Shown: piece by piece, positions 37,334 to 45,883 of the stretch
How the letters are laid out: the number at the start of each line of letters is the position of its first letter
Position numbering within the stretch: the stretch's first letter is position 1
From: an uncultured Candidatus Saccharibacteria bacterium
GTDB taxonomy: Bacteria; Patescibacteriota; Minisyncoccia; Phycocordibacterales; JAACPR01
NCBI GenBank assembly: GCA_964538855.1
Contig: CAZIEY010000001.1
Coordinates: 82,811 to 146,810 of the forward strand
DNA length: 64,000 bases
Reading direction: 5' to 3'
Made by a program: the position numbers and the translations under genes
The notes under the pieces: generated by a model
Databases searched by the model: none
The model's input: the letters and a program-made list of their open reading frames with translations, nothing else
Told to the model about the DNA's origin: nothing

Positions 37334-37405
37334 CGGGTCCACCAGGATTCGAACCTGGAACCTCAGTTTTGGAGACCGATGTTTTACCATTGAAACTATA
37401 GACCC
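37334..37405 (-). tRNA. tRNA-Trp (anticodon CCA)
   Basis: GGGTCTATAGTTTCAATGGTAAAACATCGGTCTCCAAAACTGAGG…TTCGAATCCTGGTGGACCCG; CCA not encoded. Confidence 0.85.
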
Positions 37406-37432
37406 TAGAAATAAGATTCTAACATAAAACGA

Positions 37433-37515
37433 GCAAATAAAAAGTACTCAAATTTTGAAGTCCTCGGGTCGCTCTGCTCAACCAGACATTCAAAATTTGA
37501 GTACTTTTTATTTGC
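37433..37515. repeat. AT-rich terminal-inverted-repeat element E1 (27-bp perfect IR, 29-nt GC-rich core)
   Basis: gcaaataaaaagtactcaaattttgaa … ttcaaaatttgagtactttttatttgc; core GTCCTCGGGTCGC is shared with E3. Confidence 0.6.
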
Positions 37516-37747
37516 CTGCTACGAGAATCCTACTTCTTCACTTCTTTGAACACTACAACCTTTCGTAATTTTCGGCTGAATTTTCGTAATTCCAATTTTT
37601 CCGCGTTATTTTTACGATTTTTTCTAGAATAATAAACTTCGCCAGTTGGCTTGTGCTTTAAAATGACTAATTTCTCTTGTGACATAGTTAAACTAGATTA
37701 CTATATTATTAAGGTTTTAGCAACTGTTTATAGGTCAAAAATGACTT

Positions 37748-37777
37748 GACATAGAGGCATTAAACGTGGTATTATAC
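37748..37777 (+). promoter_or_regulatory. sigma70-like promoter (TTGACA-N18-TATTAT) for the CARDB-protein gene
   Basis: Seen directly 6 nt upstream of ATG 37783. Confidence 0.45.
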
Positions 37778-37782
37778 GCATT

Positions 37783-39132
37783 ATGTCAGAAAACACAAAC
37801 GTATTTAAAAACATATTCACCAAGGCGCTTTTCATCCTTGGCATTATCATAATCGTAGTAATTTTGGCTTTCGCGGTGATTAAAATCATGCCGAAGGTAT
37901 TTTCAGGCTTTGCATCAGTCGGAAAAATCTTTAAATCCCCTTTTGTTGATAAAACCATCAGTATTTCTTCAGCAAATGACGACGATTTGAAATCTGGCGA
38001 GACAACCGTGCTTGCATGGGAATACGAACCAACAGAAGAAGGTTCATATATTTTGAAATACTCTTGTGTGAGCAATGTTCAATTATCGATGGCGACCACA
38101 AACGGTTTGCAGCGATTGATTTGTAATACTCCTTATACGTTTGGCGCAGATATCCAAGCAGTTGAAATCACACCTACTTTAACCAAAGAAAATATTGATG
38201 TCACTATTCCTTTTTCTATTGAATTTATTAACGACGAGGATGACTCAGTAGCAGATGGTGATGTAAAAATTGGCGTAACAAATAAAAAAGGAGACGCGCT
38301 CGCAAGCGCAGGTACAATCATCAGCACCACTCCTGTTATTACTGGTGCTGCGAATAATCAACCAACAACACCTCCAGCAGTACGACCAACAACACCTACG
38401 AACACACAACCGGTTTATAATTACCCACGAATCGCAGATATCGCCCTCTCAAACATGGTGGATACAGGAAACGGTTTGATTTCATTCACAGTTTCAAATA
38501 TCGGTTCAGCTGTTACAGGAAATTGGGTATTTAATTACACAACTCCAGACGGCGAGACGACTTATTCCCCTACCCAAGTTTCACTTAATCCAGGTGATGC
38601 AATCCGATACACTTTGCGATTCACAGATTTGACCGAAGGAACAATGACAGTAGTCGCTGATCCTCAAAACTTTGTGTATGAAACAAACAACTCGAACAAC
38701 TCTATTTCGATGCGGGTAAGTGAAAATGGTAATGGTGGCGGTTCCGTTGACTATGACCGAAACGATGATGCCGACCTAGAAATCGACTCGTTTGAAGTCG
38801 GTCGTATGGATGGTAATCGATTCCGCGAAGACGACACGATTGACGAGGATGACGACGCAGCCGTTCAATTCACAGTTATCAACCGTGGTGGCGAATCAAC
38901 TGGTTCATGGAGATTTGAAATCGAAAACACTCCTGACGATGACGACGACTACCGATCACGAGTTCAATCATCAATGCGTCCGGGCGAATCTCGCACATTT
39001 ACTGTCGAATTCGAAAACCCAGACACTGGCACATTCCGAATGAAATTGACTGTCGATTCTGATGACGACGTCGACGAAGAAGACGAAAACAATAACGACG
39101 AGACAGAGGAATTAGAAGTAGAGCCAGATTAA
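37783..39132 (+). CDS. membrane-anchored secreted protein with two CARDB-like domains and poly-Asp segments
   Basis: N-terminal TM; CARDB signature (NIGSAVTGNW…VADPQNFVYETNNSNNS; VINRGGESTGSW…); acidic D/E-rich C-terminus. Confidence 0.6.
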   Translation: MSENTNVFKNIFTKALFILGIIIIVVILAFAVIKIMPKVFSGFASVGKIFKSPFVDKTISISSANDDDLKSGETTVLAWEYEPTEEGSYILKYSCVSNVQLSMATTNGLQRLICNTPYTFGADIQAVEITPTLTKENIDVTIPFSIEFINDEDDSVADGDVKIGVTNKKGDALASAGTIISTTPVITGAANNQPTTPPAVRPTTPTNTQPVYNYPRIADIALSNMVDTGNGLISFTVSNIGSAVTGNWVFNYTTPDGETTYSPTQVSLNPGDAIRYTLRFTDLTEGTMTVVADPQNFVYETNNSNNSISMRVSENGNGGGSVDYDRNDDADLEIDSFEVGRMDGNRFREDDTIDEDDDAAVQFTVINRGGESTGSWRFEIENTPDDDDDYRSRVQSSMRPGESRTFTVEFENPDTGTFRMKLTVDSDDDVDEEDENNNDETEELEVEPD

Positions 39133-39138
39133 TTAAAT

Positions 39139-39172
39139 AAAAAACACCTCGCACATCGCGAGGTGTTTTTTA
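39139..39172. terminator. bidirectional intrinsic terminator between convergent CARDB gene and gyrB
   Basis: CACCTCGC…GCGAGGTG 8-bp stem flanked by AAAAA / TTTTTTATTTTTT. Confidence 0.75.
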
Positions 39173-39176
39173 TTTT

Positions 39177-41234
39177 TTAAAGGTCAATCTCCGCCAACTT
39201 CGCGTTCGTTGTAATGAATGATTTTCGAGCAGGAACGTCTTTACCCATGAGCATATCGAAGACTTTGTCGGCTTCGATTGCGTCGTCAATCACGACTTTT
39301 TTGAGGACACGATTGTTTTTATCCATTGTAGTTTCCTTCAATTCGTTCGCGTTCATTTCTCCGAGACCTTTATATCGTTGAACTCGCCATTTTGTAGAGT
39401 TTTTCTTTGTGGCAACTTCGACTTCAGCGTCGGCTGGTTCAACCTCGCCTTCTCCACCTTCTTCGTTGATTTCGTCATTGTCGGCACCGATCAATTTCAC
39501 TTTTTCTTCGTCGCTGTACAAATAGTGAACTTCTTTACCTCGCATCACTTTATACAGAGGAGATTGCGCGATGAACAAATATCCACCATCAATAATTGGT
39601 CGAAAATATCGATAGAAAAGAGTGAGCAACAATGTCGCGATGTGCGCACCGTCGACGTCGGCATCTGTTGCGATAATAATTTTGTGATATCGCAATTTTG
39701 TAATATCAAATGTGTCACCGATTGCAGCACCAAGCGCAACGACGAGATTTTTGATTTGCTCTGACGCCAACATTTTATCGAGACGAGCTCGTTCCACGTT
39801 CAAAATCTTACCTCGCAATGGAAGCACGGCTTGAGTTCGGCGATCTCGACCAGTTTTAGCTGTACCACCCGCAGAGTCTCCCTCCACAATGAAGAGTTCG
39901 GCTTCGGCTGCGTCTTTGACCTGACAGTCGGCGAGTTTTCCAGGCAACGTCATGCCTTCAAGTGCGCCCTTTCGGAGCACAGAATCTTTTGCTGCTTTTG
40001 CGGCTTTTCGAGCACGCACAGCGAGCACTACTTTTGAAACGATAGCTTTACCATCTTCTGGGTGTTCTTCGAGGAATGCAGCGAATGCTTCACCAAATAC
40101 GGCTTCAGTCGCACCACGCGCTTCGGTTGAACCGAGTTTTGCTTTGGTCTGACCTTCGAATTGAATTTCAGGCATCTTGATCGACACGACCGCAGTGATA
40201 CCTTCGAGAACGTCTTCACCTGTGAAAGCACCGTCGGCTTCTTTGATCAAGTTATTTGCCTTGCCGTAGGTATTCAATGTTCGAGTGAGCGATGTTTTGA
40301 AACCAGTCACATGTGTACCACCTTCGCTGTTGTAAATGTTGTTTGCAAATGCAGTGAGGCGAGGAGAAATATCGTCCACGTATTGAAGCGAAACTTCGAC
40401 CTGAATATCACCGACAGATTTTTCAACGTAAAAAATATTCGGGTTGATTGGTTTTTGAAATTGATTTTGAAATTTTACAAGCGACGCGAGTCCTCCTTCG
40501 AAATAGAAAGTTTGTGACGGAGCTTCGACTTCGGAATCTTGGAGGTAATAAATGTCGTCGAAGTCCATTTTGTCTTTGACGAGACGCGCATCAATCGCAG
40601 TGATTTTCAAACCACGCACGAGATAGGCTTGTTGGCGCAAGTGACCGAGAATCTTTTTGAAATCATATTCAACAGTTTCGAAAATTGTATCGTCGGCTTT
40701 GAAAGTAACAATAGTACCGCGCATTTTTGTAGCACCGATTTTCTTTACATCTGATTTTTTCTTACCGATATTGTATTCTTGACGATATTTAAAACCGTCG
40801 CGGTGAACTTCGGCAATGAGGTGCGTCGAAAGCGCGTTTACCACAGAAGCACCCACACCGTGGAGACCTCCAGACACTTTGTAACCGCTGCCTTCCCCAC
40901 CGAATTTACCTCCGGCATGGAGCACTGTCATAACAGTTTCAAGCGCAGACACTTTTGTTTTAGAGTGTTTATCAACCGGAATACCACGACCGTTGTCGAC
41001 AACGCGAACATAACCGTCCGGCAAAAGCGCGACTTCGATGCGATTCGCGTGACCACCCATGGCTTCGTCGCGAGAGTTATCAAAAATTTCTGTAATCAAG
41101 TGATGCAGACCATCCGGGCCAGTTGTACCAATGTACATTCCGGGTCGCTTTCGTACCGGCTCGAGCCCCTCGAGAACTGTAATCTCATCCGCACCATACT
41201 TTTTAACGTCTTTTTCTGATTTTTTGTCTGCCAT
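39177..41234 (-). CDS. gyrB: DNA gyrase subunit B
   Basis: GHKL ATPase (GLHHLITEIFDNSRDEAMGG), TOPRIM EGDSAGG, PLRGKILNVE; start set to MADKK (41234) because TGCTATAAT -10 element lies 9 nt upstream. Confidence 0.9.
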   Translation of the reverse strand: MADKKSEKDVKKYGADEITVLEGLEPVRKRPGMYIGTTGPDGLHHLITEIFDNSRDEAMGGHANRIEVALLPDGYVRVVDNGRGIPVDKHSKTKVSALETVMTVLHAGGKFGGEGSGYKVSGGLHGVGASVVNALSTHLIAEVHRDGFKYRQEYNIGKKKSDVKKIGATKMRGTIVTFKADDTIFETVEYDFKKILGHLRQQAYLVRGLKITAIDARLVKDKMDFDDIYYLQDSEVEAPSQTFYFEGGLASLVKFQNQFQKPINPNIFYVEKSVGDIQVEVSLQYVDDISPRLTAFANNIYNSEGGTHVTGFKTSLTRTLNTYGKANNLIKEADGAFTGEDVLEGITAVVSIKMPEIQFEGQTKAKLGSTEARGATEAVFGEAFAAFLEEHPEDGKAIVSKVVLAVRARKAAKAAKDSVLRKGALEGMTLPGKLADCQVKDAAEAELFIVEGDSAGGTAKTGRDRRTQAVLPLRGKILNVERARLDKMLASEQIKNLVVALGAAIGDTFDITKLRYHKIIIATDADVDGAHIATLLLTLFYRYFRPIIDGGYLFIAQSPLYKVMRGKEVHYLYSDEEKVKLIGADNDEINEEGGEGEVEPADAEVEVATKKNSTKWRVQRYKGLGEMNANELKETTMDKNNRVLKKVVIDDAIEADKVFDMLMGKDVPARKSFITTNAKLAEIDL

Positions 41235-41396
41235 ATGGGGGTTATTATAGCATTTTTTCAAGCGGTCTCCAAGTGGTTTTTTATTAATTTAAGTCTTATT
41301 TTATAAGGTCTTTGTACATATTGACATTGTTATACGTATATGATACTTTACATATGTACTGACTGATCCTTACAACCCACAAACCGGAGAACGAAC

Positions 41397-41936
41397 GTGA
41401 AGCGGAAGATCTTGCCTCTCTTTATTGCAATCAGCACACTGATTGCAATAATCTGGAACCTCCTTGTTTACAAGGACGAAGTGGAATATTCCTGGGACAA
41501 CCTAACCAGGACCACTACAATCGAAACGCATTCAACTAATGTCATGGTTGTCACCGAACGCCCATCGCCAATTGCTCTCACATGTAACGGAGAACTCATA
41601 TTGCGAGAACTCTCTGAAGTGGTTACGGTTGTACTGTATCCACACGAAGGAAAAATTGACTACTATATAAAGGGAAAGAATCGATATCTCTTGATATATA
41701 CTGACACCCTGTCATTCGAGAAACCCGTAGAAGGGGTTCAGATTGAAGGAACGAAAGTCACCATGAAGAGTGGTAGCTCACAAGCCGTGGCTGAGGTGAC
41801 ATTCAAAAAGTCACCTGACACAGTAAACAAAAGTGCTATACTCATATTCTTCATTTGGCTGACTATAGCTAGTATCGGAGGTTTTATTGTATATATTTAC
41901 AGCCTTAACCACAAAGAGGTTAGCACGGGGGAATAA
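41397..41936 (+). CDS. hypothetical membrane protein (N- and C-terminal TM helices)
   Basis: 179 aa; followed by a terminator. Confidence 0.4.
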   Translation: MKRKILPLFIAISTLIAIIWNLLVYKDEVEYSWDNLTRTTTIETHSTNVMVVTERPSPIALTCNGELILRELSEVVTVVLYPHEGKIDYYIKGKNRYLLIYTDTLSFEKPVEGVQIEGTKVTMKSGSSQAVAEVTFKKSPDTVNKSAILIFFIWLTIASIGGFIVYIYSLNHKEVSTGE

Positions 41937-42006
41937 TTTCTCGCGCCACAGCACCGTTCATCACCGGTCTTCACGACCGAACCGAGGACTTCGATCCTCG
42001 TAAAAA

Positions 42007-42045
42007 CCGCCCGACGCCCTGTGCGCCTGGCGGTTTTCTTGCATC
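42007..42045 (+). terminator. intrinsic terminator
   Basis: AAACCGCC…GGCGGTTT stem followed by a T-tract. Confidence 0.6.
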
Positions 42046-42126
42046 TCAAGAAACAACGAGAAAACTTTATTTTTTCTTTGGACTTTCTTTAACGAAACTT
42101 CATACCCAATCCGTATAATGTGATAC

Positions 42127-42516
42127 GTGAAAGATTTTGACAGTTGGAATCTAAAGAAACAAGAAATAGATAGAAAAGCATATTTTTTCCACCCAAAAGT
42201 TGGAGAAATTTGGTGGTGCATGATAGGAATGAATATTGGATCAGAAATATATGGTAAAGGAAAAAATTACCTCCGACCAGGGCTTGTGATTGAATTGGGT
42301 CAACACGACAATTTTATCGGTATCCCCTTAACATCAAAAAAGAAGAAATCACGACGTTCATGTATCATACGTTCAGAAGATGGAATATTACATACTGCTC
42401 TTATCACTCAACTGCGTTGTTTCGACAAGAGGAGATTACTAGAGAAAAAATCCGCTTTATCAAATGATGAATTTACACTTATTAAAAATTGTCTGAGGAG
42501 CGTTCTTAAAATATAA
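42127..42516 (+). CDS. PemK/MazF-like endoribonuclease toxin family protein (solitary)
   Basis: GEIWWCMIG…RPGLVIELGQ…GIPLTSKKK pattern matches the MazF/PemK fold (GxIWxVDF…RP.LVL…P.TS); GTG start 7 nt after a TATAAT box; no antitoxin-like small ORF adjacent. Confidence 0.4.
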   Translation: MKDFDSWNLKKQEIDRKAYFFHPKVGEIWWCMIGMNIGSEIYGKGKNYLRPGLVIELGQHDNFIGIPLTSKKKKSRRSCIIRSEDGILHTALITQLRCFDKRRLLEKKSALSNDEFTLIKNCLRSVLKI

Positions 42517-42693
42517 TAGCCCCTTTCGGGGCATATCTGGCTCTTTCGAGCAAGGATGGCCAAACCATCCTAGAACATGATTGTATCAAACTATTCTCGC
42601 GAAAGTCAACCTGAAAATTCATTATTTCTTTAAAATGCTTATTTCGCGATTTCTTCAAACCAACAAGAGTTAGTAGGGCGAATAAAAATTCCG

Positions 42694-42731
42694 AGTAATC
42701 AAAAAAGCGATTAAAGATTTACTCTAACCGC
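42694..42731 (-). terminator. intrinsic terminator downstream of pheST
   Basis: AAAAAAGCG…CGCTTTTTT hairpin on the minus strand. Confidence 0.5.
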
Positions 42732-42832
42732 TTTTTTGTATTTTCCTCCCTAACATCTTGCGATGTTTCGGGCGAGCCATAGGCGTTTATGTGTCTAATA
42801 TAGTAAAAATTAGGGAAAAGTCAATCTGCATT

Positions 42833-45178
42833 TTACCTCACCTCCCACCCACTCTTCTTCATCTCGCCGGCAATGCCATCCATAATCGCGTTCACTTCCG
42901 CATCCGTCAGAGTTTTTTCGAATGATTGGAATACGAGACGGAATGCATATGAAGTGCGACCGTCTTTTTTGAATACGTCGAACAAGCGATTTTTAATCAT
43001 CAAAGGGCCGGCGTTTTTCGTAATGAGCGCAAGCACGTCCGATTCCGCCACCGCATCAGGCACCCACACCGCAACGTCTCGAATCATAAAAGGATACGCT
43101 GAGATCGGCGCGTATGTAACCGTCTCCACCGGCACAAGCGGTTCGTATGAAATATCGCCAATCGACGCCACGACTTTTTCCAAATCAATTTCCACGAAAA
43201 GCGGTGTATCTGAAATTTCCGTAGTAACTAATTTCACCCCCAGAACTTCTGAGAGCTTCGATAAGGTATCCTTAATGGTCTCTTCTGGTCTTGGTTTTTT
43301 GAAACCATTGCGATTCGCCACACAAATACCAAGCATCACGCGTTCTATACCCTTCTTTGGAAAGACTTTACCAATTTCAAACACACGCACCTGATCAAGC
43401 ATCAAGAAATCAATATTGTAGAGATTTTGAGGGAGTGTTGTACCAATACCATGAGCAAGCGTCGTTCGCAAAAACGCCTTGTCTTCTGAAATAGGATTCT
43501 CAGGAGCAATCACACCAGTCGGCACGAATGTGTACGTGTAGACTTCGGAAAAGCCAAGGCCGTTGAGCGTCGCTTTTATTTTCTGCGACACCGCATACAT
43601 TTTGTTTTGTGCAGGGGCAAAATCCATCTGCGAGATCGCAGTTTCTTTGACGTGTTCGTATCCGAGGACGCGACCAACTTCTTCGATAACATCCGCGCCA
43701 GTTTTAATATCCAATCGTTCAACAGGCACCGTCAATGCAAATCGATTTTCATTCGGAGCAAAAAATCGACCGTACCCTACAATATTTTGAAAGCGCGCAC
43801 TGTCAGCAATTTTTTCTTCGACAACGCCAGCGTCATTCAATTCAGTCGCATGCAACACTTTACCATCGCCAGTATAAAATCCAACATGATCCACGCCATG
43901 GACCACATCAGTGCCTTTGGCAAACTCGACGCTCTTGTAATCAATTTTATGTTTCAAATCGCCAGTGTTTGCAAAAATCACATCGCCTGGTTGCATGTCA
44001 GCTTGCGAAATTTTTTCTGCGTACACAAATTGGTCGACAGACATGCGAGGCACCGACAAACCAGCGAGCGCTGATACGTACGCAGTGAAACTCGAACAAT
44101 CAAATGCATTCGGTGCGTCAAAAAATACACTTGAAGCCCACTTGTATGGAACTCCTACCAATTTTTGTCCTTCAGAAATAACCACCTCGCGAGGATTCAC
44201 AATTACATATTCAAAACCGAGACGGTCGAATGCGCCAGCAATTTCTTTTTCAGAATATGCAGTACCGAGCAACGCGTTGACTTCACGCACCGACACACCT
44301 GTGCGATATGGTCGCCATGTTTTTGGATAATGTTCGGCCTTGAGCGACACCGCAGTCACATCGGTCGCCGCATATTTCAAAATCAATTCAGTCGCCATAT
44401 CCATCGCGAGATCCGCAATCGCAGGCGTCACTTCGTTTTCGAAACGCTTTGATGAGTCGGTCATCACGCCGATTTTGCGCGACGTTTTTCGCACATATGT
44501 CGGATTGAAATTGGCAGACTCCAAAATGATGCGCTTTGTCGCACCGTCGACTTCTGGAATTTTTCCGCCCTTGATGCCGGCAATTGCGAGAGGTGTGTCA
44601 TTGTCATAAATTACCACCGCATCCATATTTAATTTCACCTGCTTGTTATCAAGCGTCGTGATTTCTTGTTCGTCTGTAGCGCGACGTACCACAATATTCC
44701 CCGTGATTTTATCCGCATCAAACGCGTGCATCGGTTGCCCCACCGCAAACATCACAATATTTGTGATATCGACAATGTTGTTAATTGAGCGTTGACCGAG
44801 AGCTTCGATTTTCGCTTTCAGTTCAGGAGCGCTTTCAGCCACGCGGACATTCGTAATTTCACGAGCCACATATCGGCGGCACAAATCGGTTTCGACGGAT
44901 AAAGTAAAGCTTGGCGCAAAAGTACCAGCATGCAGTGGAATCTCGCGCTTTTTTAATTTCAAGCCCGTCATCATTGCAATTTCGCGTGCAATTCCGTCGT
45001 GCGACAAACAATCGTGTGCGCGGTTCGGCAACACATCAACATCAATAATCCAATCATCGCCGTGCGCGGTCACTTCTTCAATTTCAAAAGCCTTGAGCGA
45101 AATCATAGACGCCAAATCCTCGGCCGGTGGCAACGGCGCATCGAAATATTCTTGAAGCCATTTGTATGAGACGAGCAT
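42833..45178 (-). CDS. pheT: phenylalanine--tRNA ligase beta subunit with inserted NlpC/P60-like domain
   Basis: B3/B4, B5 (VSVREVNALLGTAYSEKEIAGAFDRLGF), catalytic-like core and C-terminal FDX-ACB domains; ~150 aa insertion (residues ~325-478) carrying NlpC/P60 motifs (GVPYKW…FDCSSF…PGDVIF…HVGFYTGDGKVLHA). Confidence 0.9.
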   Translation of the reverse strand: MLVSYKWLQEYFDAPLPPAEDLASMISLKAFEIEEVTAHGDDWIIDVDVLPNRAHDCLSHDGIAREIAMMTGLKLKKREIPLHAGTFAPSFTLSVETDLCRRYVAREITNVRVAESAPELKAKIEALGQRSINNIVDITNIVMFAVGQPMHAFDADKITGNIVVRRATDEQEITTLDNKQVKLNMDAVVIYDNDTPLAIAGIKGGKIPEVDGATKRIILESANFNPTYVRKTSRKIGVMTDSSKRFENEVTPAIADLAMDMATELILKYAATDVTAVSLKAEHYPKTWRPYRTGVSVREVNALLGTAYSEKEIAGAFDRLGFEYVIVNPREVVISEGQKLVGVPYKWASSVFFDAPNAFDCSSFTAYVSALAGLSVPRMSVDQFVYAEKISQADMQPGDVIFANTGDLKHKIDYKSVEFAKGTDVVHGVDHVGFYTGDGKVLHATELNDAGVVEEKIADSARFQNIVGYGRFFAPNENRFALTVPVERLDIKTGADVIEEVGRVLGYEHVKETAISQMDFAPAQNKMYAVSQKIKATLNGLGFSEVYTYTFVPTGVIAPENPISEDKAFLRTTLAHGIGTTLPQNLYNIDFLMLDQVRVFEIGKVFPKKGIERVMLGICVANRNGFKKPRPEETIKDTLSKLSEVLGVKLVTTEISDTPLFVEIDLEKVVASIGDISYEPLVPVETVTYAPISAYPFMIRDVAVWVPDAVAESDVLALITKNAGPLMIKNRLFDVFKKDGRTSYAFRLVFQSFEKTLTDAEVNAIMDGIAGEMKKSGWEVR

Positions 45179-45182
45179 AGGT

Positions 45183-45869
45183 TTAAAATTGATTATTAAA
45201 GCGCAAATCCCCTGAATAAAAGTTTCGCAAATCGTCGATTCCGTATTTCATCATCGCGATTCGTTCCACGCCAATACCAAAGGCAAAGCCTCGATATTTT
45301 CGTGAATCAATACCAACGTTGTTAAGGACTTTTGCATTCACCATGCCGGCGCCGAGGACCTCAATCCAATTGCCGCCCTTTTTGCGCATATCGATTTCAA
45401 CGCCAGGTTCCACGAATGGGAAAAAGCCCGGTCGAAAACGAATCTCCATATCATCGCCGAATAACTTTTTCAAAAACGAGCCGAGCGCATATTTCAAATT
45501 CGCCATTGAAATGTCTTCACCAACGACAAGCCCTTCAATTTGATGGAATTGCACTTCGTGCGTTCGATCGGTGGCTTCATATCGATACACTTTTCCTGGT
45601 GCAACAATTTTAAACGGAGGTTTATGTGACTCCATAAAGTGAATTTGCGCGTTCGACGTCTGAGTTCGCAACAAATGTTTCGGAAAATCGCGCAACCAAA
45701 ATGTGTCCTGCATGTCGCGCGCCGGGTGATCAGCCGGCACATTGAGTGCGTCGAAATTGTGATACTCATCGTCGACTTCGTTACATGTCACAATTTCAAA
45801 ACCCATTCCGGCAAAGACCGAAACGATTTCATCCATGACGCGTGTGATTGGGTGCAAATGTCCTTTCAT
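45183..45869 (-). CDS. pheS: phenylalanine--tRNA ligase alpha subunit (short, core only)
   Basis: Class II motifs (FRPGFFPFVEPG…, GAGMVNAKV…); 228 aa; 4 nt upstream of pheT. Confidence 0.9.
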   Translation of the reverse strand: MKGHLHPITRVMDEIVSVFAGMGFEIVTCNEVDDEYHNFDALNVPADHPARDMQDTFWLRDFPKHLLRTQTSNAQIHFMESHKPPFKIVAPGKVYRYEATDRTHEVQFHQIEGLVVGEDISMANLKYALGSFLKKLFGDDMEIRFRPGFFPFVEPGVEIDMRKKGGNWIEVLGAGMVNAKVLNNVGIDSRKYRGFAFGIGVERIAMMKYGIDDLRNFYSGDLRFNNQF

Positions 45870-45883
45870 AAAAATCTATTTTA

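Noticed and set aside
37144-37427. Four short ORFs across tRNA-Trp and its trailing element
   Set aside because: They overlap the tRNA and the repeat blocks and overlap one another in different frames. Spurious.
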